Source of the DNA: an uncultured Acidobacteriota bacterium
Lineage (GTDB): Bacteria > Acidobacteriota > Thermoanaerobaculia > UBA5066 > Gp7-AA6
NCBI GenBank assembly: GCA_963843325.1
Contig: CAWJKC010000006.1
Coordinates: 199,941-263,940, forward strand
DNA length: 64,000 nt
Reading direction: 5' to 3'
Part shown: positions 57,887 through 64,000 of the stretch, in pieces
How positions within the stretch are numbered: position 1 is the first letter of the stretch
Layout of the letters: the number at the start of each line of letters is the position of its first letter
Made by a program: the position numbers and the translations under genes
The notes under the pieces: generated by a model
What the model saw: only the letters and a program-made list of their open reading frames with translations
The model's database searches: none
Told to the model about the DNA's origin: nothing

Positions 57887-59355
57887 TCAGGACGAAACCG
57901 ATCCGCTCGGTTGGCCGAGCGGCCCGCGCGCAGGCCCGGTGGAAGCGTCGGGGCTCGGGGACGGTCGACGCGAAGCCCCTGCCACGGACGAGAGAACGGC
58001 TTCCAGCATCGGTCGCATCTGGGACAGCTGTTTGATCCGGATGACGACGTTCCATGCGCGCTCGAACTTTTTCCAGCCCGCGCTGTAGGCGACGTGCTTG
58101 AGCGCGTGCCTGGCTGAATCGTGGGCCGAGGCGGCCCGGAAGATCGAGCCCCAGCGATAGAACGCCCGGTAGGCCCAGTCGTAGCCGCGCTTCAGGTCCT
58201 CCGGCGACAGGCCGATCGGTCGGTAGACGACGTGCCGGGTGTCGTAGAGGTCCCAGTTTCGCGTCACGAGGCGGTCCTGCGCGGCCATCTCCGAATAGAG
58301 CGCCGTGCCCGGGTAGGGCGTCAGGATGTGGAAGGTCGCCGTCGTGATCCCGCTGCGGATCGCCCAGTCGACGGTGCGCGCGAAAGACGTCGCGATCGTC
58401 GCCGTCCAGCCCGAAGACGAAGCTCCCGTTGATCATGATGCCGAGATCGTCGAGCCGCCGGACGACGTCTCCGTAGCTGCGGCCGAGGTTCTGGCTCTTG
58501 CCCGCGCCCGCGAGCCCGCCGGGCGACAGCGTCTCGAATCCGACGAACAGGCTGCGCAATCCTGCGGCCGCAGCCTCTTCGACGACGTCGTCGCGAAGGA
58601 TCGAGTCCACCGTCGCGGCGCCCTGGAAGACCCGGCCCATTCCCCGCATGCCGCGGAAGAGTTCTTTGGCGAACCGCGGATTCCCGAAGAGGTGGTCGTC
58701 CAGGAAGTAGAGGTGGCGGCCCGGAAGGCGGGCGATTTCGGCGAGCGCGGCGTCCACGCGCTGCGTGTAGAACGAGGGGCCGCCGTCGAAGAAGGCGTCC
58801 TTGTAGCAGAAGGTGCAGTGGTGCGGGCAGCCTCGCGAGACGACGATGGAGTTGGGGACGAGATAGAGCTGCCGCCGAATGAGGTCCCGGCGGATCGGCG
58901 GCAGCTCCTCCAGGGTCCGCGAGGCCGATTCGTAACGGCGCAGCGGGCTACCGGCCTCGAGATCGCGCAGGAACCGCGGGAACGTGTGCTCGCCGGGCCC
59001 CAGGAAGATCGTGTCCGCGTGCGGCGCGGCCTCCTCCGGCAGGGACGTGACGTGGAGGCCTCCGAGCACGACGTAGGCTCCCCGCGCCCGATAGTGGTCG
59101 GCGATCCGGTAGGCGCGGTAGGCGTTGGTGATGTAGACCTGGATGACGACGAGGTCCGGGTGATCGTCGAGATCGAGCCTCTCGACGTGCTCGTCCTGGA
59201 GGACGACTTCGAGGTCGGGATCGAGATAGGCCGCGAGGGTCGCCAGGCCCAGGGGCGGGAACAGGGAGTACTTGATCGGGCGCCAGAAGGGACTCGTCGC
59301 TTCCGTCAGGGCGGGGAGGATGAGTTTGACGCGCCGGATCGGGACGGGCGTTCAT
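57887..59355 (-). CDS. B12-binding-domain radical SAM protein with DUF4070-like C-terminus (two frame breaks)
   Basis: The start is ATG 59355. After a break at a CCC run near 59340 the gene reads ...RRVKLILPALTEATSPFWRPIKYSLFPPLGLATLAAYL...VVIQVYITNAYRAYRIADHYRARGAYVVLGGLHVTS. The radical SAM motif is RGCPHHCTFCYK (CX3CX2C). After a break near 58390 it reads ...FHILTPYPGTALYSEMAAQDRLVTRNWDLYDTRHVVYRP... Confidence 0.8.
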
Positions 59356-59382
59356 GGTGCCGGGAGCATAACGCAAAGTACT

Positions 59383-59394
59383 TTGTAATACAAT
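59383..59394. promoter_or_regulatory. AT-rich palindrome / -10-like box in the radical-SAM / mnmG divergent spacer
   Basis: TTGTA-A-TACAA (59383-59393) is an 11-bp palindrome. It overlaps TACAAT (59389-59394), which lies 24 nt upstream of the mnmG start at 59419. The 63-bp spacer is conspicuously AT-rich. Confidence 0.35.
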
Positions 59395-59418
59395 GTAGTT
59401 GCCGCCCGCGCGCCGGGA

Positions 59419-61444
59419 ATGCGAGAGAATCCGCCCGTGCAGTTCGAGGTCCTCGTCATCGGCGGCGGTCACGCCGGCATCGAGGCCGCGCATGCCGCGG
59501 CGCGGATGGGCCGGCGCACGGCCCTGCTGACGGGAGCGCGGTCGGCGATCGGGCGGATGTCCTGCAATCCCGCGATCGGCGGCCTGGCCAAGGGGCAGCT
59601 CGTGCGCGAAATCGATGCGCTCGGCGGCCTGATGGGCGGCCTCGCCGACGCGGCCGGGATCCAGTTCCGCATCCTCAACCGTTCGCGCGGTCCGGCCGTG
59701 TGGGGTCCGCGCGCGCAGTGCGATCGAGCGCTGTACGCGCGTCTGGCGGGGCAACGGATGGCCGCGACGGAGAACCTGACCGTACTCGAGGGGATGGCCG
59801 AGGAGCTCGTCGAAAACGGCGGCCGCGTGTGCGGCGCCGTGACGTCGGCGGGAGAGCGCATCGCGGCCGGCGCCGTCGTCGTGACGGCGGGAACGTTCCT
59901 GAACGGCCTGATGCACACGGGGGAAAGGAAGACCGAGGGCGGTCGCGTCGGGGAGCAGGCGGCGCACGGGTCTCTCGCGCAGCCTCGCGGCGCTCGGCCT
60001 GCGTCTCGGCCGTTTCAAGACGGGCACGCCGCCGCGCCTGCACCGCGACTCGATCGACTACGCCGCGTGCGCGCCGCAGGAAGGCGACCGGCCGCCGGTG
60101 CCGTTTTCGTTCCGCACGAAGCGGCTGCCGGAGCGCCAGGCCCTGTGCTGGCTGACGGCGACCAATCCGCGCGCGCACGCGATCATCCGCGAGAACCTGC
60201 ACCGAAGCCCCATGTACTCGGGCCAGATCCGGGGCGTGGGCCCGCGCTACTGCCCGTCGGTGGAAGACAAGGTCGTGCGCTTTGCCGACAAGCCGCAGCA
60301 CACGATCTTTCTCGAGCCCGACGGCTGGGACTCGGAGGAGATCTACGTCAACGGCCTCTCGACCTCGCTGCCCGAAGACGTGCAGCGCGCGGTGCTCGCA
60401 GAGATTCCGGGGCTTGCGCGCGCGCGGATGATCCGGCCCGGGTACGCCGTCGAGTACGACTTCGTCTTTCCCGATCAGTTGCGGCTGTCGCTCGAGACGC
60501 TCGCAGCGCCCGGCCTCTTTCTTGCCGGGCAGATCAACGGCACGTCCGGTTACGAGGAAGCGGCGGCGCAGGGAATCCTGGCCGGAATCAACGCCGCCCT
60601 GCAGGCGAGAGACGAAGCGCCCTTCGTTCTCGAGCGCTCCGAAGCCTACGCGGCGGTGATGATCGACGATCTGACGAAGAAGGGCCTCGAGGAGCCCTAC
60701 CGGCTCTTCACCTCGCGCGCGGAGTACCGGCTGCTCCTCGGCGTCGACACGGTGCTGCCCCGATTGCTGCCCCACGGCCGCCGCCTGGGCCTGATCGCCG
60801 ACGGTGAGTACTCCGAGGCGATGCGGAGCGAGGCGCGCCTGCGCGACGCGGAAGCAGTCCTGCGCGAGCGTGTCTTCAATCCGAGCCTTGCGACGCGAAG
60901 CCTCTTTCGCGAAAAGCTGGGGATCGAGCTCGAGACGCCGGCGACAGCATATAAACTATTGCAAAGAAAAGACTTAACCATTGAGCGGCTCGAAACGGTC
61001 GAGCCGCTCGCATTCGCCGGCCTCGATCGCGAAGAGCGCAGCATTCTCGAAAGCCGGGTGCGCTACGAGGGCTACATCCGACGCGAGCGCGAGCGGCTCG
61101 AGCACCTGCGTCCGTTCGAGTCGCGAGCGATCCCCGAGAGTCTTCATTACGCCGGCATCCCCGGACTTTCACGCGAGGTGGTCGAACAGTGCTCCCGCCG
61201 AAAGCCCAGGACCGTGGGTGAGGCGTCGCGGATCCCGGGAGTGACTCCGGCGGCCGTCGCGATAATCTCGCGCCCATGTCGCGCGAGCCGGTCGAGCCGG
61301 CGGCTCCCCTCCCGCCTGATCGTTTCGAGGCGGTCCTCCGGCGCAAGGCGCCCGACTTCTCCGTCACCCCTGGACCCGCCGGCTTCACCGCTCTCTCGGT
61401 GTTTCTCGCGGAGCTCGACCGTTGGCGGCGCAAGACCAACCTGA
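59419..61444 (+). CDS. mnmG: tRNA uridine 5-carboxymethylaminomethyl modification enzyme MnmG (one frame break; 3' end uncertain)
   Basis: The sequence reads ...[28 protein letters not shown]....[27 protein letters not shown].... After a break near 59970 it continues ...[11 protein letters not shown]...[15 protein letters not shown]...[19 protein letters not shown]...SRAEYRLLL...[14 protein letters not shown]. The frame stays open to 61444, about 170 nt into rsmG. A typical-length protein would end near 61290. Confidence 0.9.
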
Positions 61445-61923
61445 CCGGGGCGCTTTCCACGGACGAGCTCGCCGAGCACGCGCTCGAAGCCCTCGTCGGT
61501 TCGGAGCTAATTGCTAATGGCGAACGGGTTATCGACATCGGCTCGGGAGCTGGCTTCCCCGGGCTTCCTCTTGCGATAACCCGGCCGGACCTGTCGATGA
61601 CGCTGCTCGAGCCGCGCGGCAAGCGTGCGGCATTTCTGAGGCACGTGGTCAGGACGCTGGAGCTGAAGAACGCCACGGCCATGGAGGCGCGGATCGAAGA
61701 AGTCGGCGGGCAGACCTTCGCGATTGCGACGACCCGGGCGGTCGGCGGTTTCTCGAGCTGGATCGGGCAGGCGCGCTTCCTGGACGCGCACGGCCTGCTG
61801 CTCGCCTGGACGACGGACGCCGACGGTGTGGCGCGGGAGCTTCCGGGATTCGAGCTCGAGCGAAGCATCCCCGTGCCGGGCTCGTCCCGGCGCCGCATCG
61901 CGGCATTCCGCAAGCGGTCGTGA
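61276..61923 (+). CDS. rsmG: 16S rRNA (guanine527-N7)-methyltransferase RsmG (GidB)
   Basis: The 215-aa gene is intact. It reads ...[24 protein letters not shown]...RVIDIGSGAGFPGLPLAI..PDLSMTLLEPRGKRAAFLRHV... Confidence 0.85.
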   Translation: MSREPVEPAAPLPPDRFEAVLRRKAPDFSVTPGPAGFTALSVFLAELDRWRRKTNLTGALSTDELAEHALEALVGSELIANGERVIDIGSGAGFPGLPLAITRPDLSMTLLEPRGKRAAFLRHVVRTLELKNATAMEARIEEVGGQTFAIATTRAVGGFSSWIGQARFLDAHGLLLAWTTDADGVARELPGFELERSIPVPGSSRRRIAAFRKRS

Positions 61924-61931
61924 CCGGGCAG

Positions 61932-61947
61932 TGTTCCACGTGGAACA
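61932..61947. promoter_or_regulatory. parS centromere site (perfect 16-bp palindrome)
   Basis: TGTTCCACGTGGAACA lies in the rsmG-parA spacer. It matches the widespread parS consensus TGTTNCACGTGAAACA. Confidence 0.85.
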
Positions 61948-62001
61948 CTGGCGCCGATTTCCTTTTCCGGATCTCGATTCCCGTCCATAATCCCGATCCC
62001 C

Positions 62002-62769
62002 ATGGCCCGCATCATCGCGCTCTCCAATCAGAAAGGCGGCGTCGGCAAGACGACGACCGCGATCAATCTCTCGGCCGCCCTGGCGGCCTACGACCAGCGC
62101 GTGCTCCTGATCGATCTCGATCCGCAGGCCAATGCGACCTCCGGCCTGGGCTTCTCCAAGAAGGAGGAGAGCGGGACGATCTACGGAGCCCTTCTCTCCG
62201 GTGAGGCGGCGCCCGCGGTGCGCGAGACGGCGTTTCCGAACCTCTGGATCGTCCCCTCGGGGCGAGACCTCGTCGGCGCCGAGATCGAGCTCGTCAACCA
62301 CCCGGACCGGGAGACCCGCCTGCGCTTCGCGCTCGGCGCCGTGCGCGGAAGCTACGACTTCGTGCTCATCGATTGTCCGCCGTCGCTCTCGCTGCTGACC
62401 GTGAACGCGCTGACGGCGGCGGATTCGGTCCTGGTTCCCATCCAGACCGAGTACTTCGCCCTCGAGGGCCTGACCGAGCTGCTCGAGACGATCGAGCGGG
62501 TCCGGGATTCCTTCAATCCGCTGCTGTCGATGGAGGGCATCGTCCTGACCATGTACGACGAGCGGACCAATCTGGCCCGCCAGGTCGTGGACGACATCCG
62601 GCAGCACTTCGGCGACAAGGTCTTCGAGACGGTGATCCCGCGGAACGTGCGCCTGGGCGAGGCCCCCTCCTTCGGAAAGCCCGTGCTCGCGCACGACATC
62701 AAGTCCCGGGGGGCGGAGGCGTATCTCGCGCTCGGGCGCGAGTTCCTCAAGAGGCGGAGGGCGAAATGA
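62002..62769 (+). CDS. parA: Chromosome partitioning ATPase ParA (Soj)
   Basis: The 255-aa gene is intact. It reads MARIIALSNQKGGVGKTTTAINLSAALAAYDQRVLLIDLDPQANATSGLG... Confidence 0.95.
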   Translation: MARIIALSNQKGGVGKTTTAINLSAALAAYDQRVLLIDLDPQANATSGLGFSKKEESGTIYGALLSGEAAPAVRETAFPNLWIVPSGRDLVGAEIELVNHPDRETRLRFALGAVRGSYDFVLIDCPPSLSLLTVNALTAADSVLVPIQTEYFALEGLTELLETIERVRDSFNPLLSMEGIVLTMYDERTNLARQVVDDIRQHFGDKVFETVIPRNVRLGEAPSFGKPVLAHDIKSRGAEAYLALGREFLKRRRAK

Positions 62770-63617
62770 ATACCAGGAAGCCGGCCCTGGGCCGCGGACT
62801 TTCGGCGCTGCTTCCGGGCAAGGGGGACGTTCCACGTGGAACACACCCCCGGGAAGTCGAGATCGGACGCCTGAAGCCCTCCCGGTTCCAGCCGCGGCGG
62901 GACTTCTCCGAGACCGCCCTGGCCGACCTCGCGCGCTCGATCGGCGAGCAGGGGATCATCCAGCCCATCGTGGTCGTAGCCCGGGGCGAGGGCTTCGAGA
63001 TCGTCGCGGGGGAGCGGCGCTGGCGCGCGGCGGCGCTGGCCGGACTGCAGATGGTGCCGATCACGGTGCGCGAGAAGAGCTCGGACCGCGACCTGCTCGA
63101 GGCGGCGCTCGTCGAGAACCTCCAGCGCGAGGATCTGAACATCATGGAGGCGGCCGAGGCCTATGCGCGCCTGCGTGAGGAGTTTTCACTCACGCAGGAG
63201 AAGATCGCCGAACGCGTCGGCAAGGACCGGGCGACCGTAGCTAATACACTGAGAATATTGAAGTTATCGTCGCCGGTGCGCGAGAAGATCCGCTCCGGAG
63301 CTCTCACGGCGGGCCACGCGAAGGCGCTCGTCGCGCTCGCTTCGACCGACGACCAGGAGCTGCTCGCCGAGGAGATCATCCGGCGGGCGCTCTCCGTGCG
63401 GCAGACGGAGAAACGCGTCGCGCGCCTGGCCTCGGGCGACCGGGTCACGCAGGAGCGCCGCCGCGATCCGTTCACGCGCGACGCCGAGGAAAAGCTCTCG
63501 CGCCGGCTCCAGACGAAAGTCCGCATCGTCCGGCGCCGCCGCGGTGGGAAAATCGAGATCGGGTTCGGCTCGGAAGAGGAGCTCATCGGCCTCTTCGAAC
63601 GACTGGCGGGAAAGTAG
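62766..63617 (+). CDS. parB: Chromosome partitioning protein ParB (Spo0J)
   Basis: ATG at 62766 overlaps the parA stop (ATGA). The sequence reads ...ALGRGLSALLP...FQPRRDFSE..LADLARSIGEQGIIQPIVV.....FEIVAGERRWRAA.LAGL..VP...LVENLQREDLN..EAAEAY.RL..EF.LTQEKIAERVGKDRATVANTLRILKL... Confidence 0.95.
   Translation: MNTRKPALGRGLSALLPGKGDVPRGTHPREVEIGRLKPSRFQPRRDFSETALADLARSIGEQGIIQPIVVVARGEGFEIVAGERRWRAAALAGLQMVPITVREKSSDRDLLEAALVENLQREDLNIMEAAEAYARLREEFSLTQEKIAERVGKDRATVANTLRILKLSSPVREKIRSGALTAGHAKALVALASTDDQELLAEEIIRRALSVRQTEKRVARLASGDRVTQERRRDPFTRDAEEKLSRRLQTKVRIVRRRRGGKIEIGFGSEEELIGLFERLAGK
62828..62843. promoter_or_regulatory. Second parS site (15/16 palindrome) inside the 5' end of parB
   Basis: The site reads CGTTCCACGTGGAACA. 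It encodes ParB residues ..DVPRGT... Confidence 0.75.
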
Positions 63618-63632
63618 CTCTGGAGGTCACTC

Positions 63633-64000
63633 ATGAAGCCACGCGGCGAGGGCGCGGCCCTCAACGGTTTTCTCGACAAGGGAAGTCATCTCAAGGGCGA
63701 GCTGACGTTCGAGGAGACGTTCCGCATCGATGGAAAATTCGAAGGCCGGATTCCCACGGGCGGCGAGCTGATTCTCGGCGACTCCGCCGAGGTGGATGCG
63801 GAGATCCGCGTCGAGCGCGTCTCGATCAACGGCACGCTCAAGGGCACGGTCTACGCGAGCGAGCGCATCGAGATCCATCCGCGTGCGCGCGTCACCGCCG
63901 ACCTGCATTGCCCGGTTCTCAAGATCGAGGAGGGCGCGTTCTTCCAGGGCTCCTGCAGCATGGCGCCGGAATCCGCGCCGAGGCTCGTGGAGATGCCGGC
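63633..64000 (+). CDS. Bactofilin (DUF583) family cytoskeletal protein, runs off window end
   Basis: ATG at 63633 follows GGAGG. My translation gives MKPRGEGAALNGFLDKGSHLKGELTFEETFRIDGKFEGRIPTGGELILGDSAEVDAEIRVERVSINGTLKGTVYASERIEIHPRARVTADLHCPVLKIEEGAFFQGSCSM.... This is the characteristic bactofilin beta-helix repeat pattern. It is not in the ORF track because it has no stop. Confidence 0.8.
   Translation, partial: MKPRGEGAALNGFLDKGSHLKGELTFEETFRIDGKFEGRIPTGGELILGDSAEVDAEIRVERVSINGTLKGTVYASERIEIHPRARVTADLHCPVLKIEEGAFFQGSCSMAPESAPRLVEMP

Noticed and set aside
61276-61444. A genuine 170-nt overlap of mnmG with rsmG.
   Set aside because: The mnmG-like sequence ends around ...[11 protein letters not shown] (about 61270). 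The remaining ~55 codons are Ser/Arg/Pro-rich and overlap the well-supported rsmG start. This is probably an unlocated indel or a missed stop.

Overview
High-GC bacterial chromosomal window spanning the replication-origin neighbourhood. On the minus strand lie gyrA-gyrB-recF-dnaN-dnaA. From 53.4 kb the plus strand carries rpmH-rnpA-yidD-yidC-jag-mnmE, then mnmG-rsmG-parA-parB-bactofilin. DnaA-box clusters flank dnaA, and there are two palindromic parS sites. The left ~44 kb is almost entirely minus-strand housekeeping and envelope genes. In order these are: a cobalamin riboswitch with a DUF6580 gene and a TonB-dependent receptor; larB, a deoxyhypusine-synthase-like gene and a MOSC gene; a MASE1-PAS-GGDEF-EAL protein; mpl; dapF; hslVU; xerC; an aminosugar/glycosyltransferase cluster; SCO plus cytochrome c; threonine dehydratase; trmFO; topA; dprA; a two-lipoprotein plus peptidase-PD40-Omp85 trio; and a pdxR-like regulator followed by pdxS-pdxT. 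I found no rRNA, tRNA, CRISPR array, IS element or prophage. Major caveat: by reading the frames manually I infer roughly 45-50 single reading-frame breaks. They hit essential genes (gyrA, gyrB, dnaA, topA), so they are almost certainly assembly indels rather than biology. Many ORF-track entries are therefore fragments of one gene, and my gene ends near breaks are approximate. The observations most worth follow-up are: (1) a ~1000-aa protein fusing an HExxH peptidase-like domain, PD40/TolB-type repeats and an Omp85 beta-barrel, preceded by two lipoprotein genes; (2) a two-copy family of palindromes built from GCAGTAA heptads; (3) an AT-rich, repeat-laden leader in front of the pdxR-pdxST chain; (4) a B12-binding radical SAM gene wedged antisense between mnmE and mnmG; (5) the apparently bipartite oriC and the parS/ParAB/bactofilin module. 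None of these is demonstrably a new system from sequence alone.
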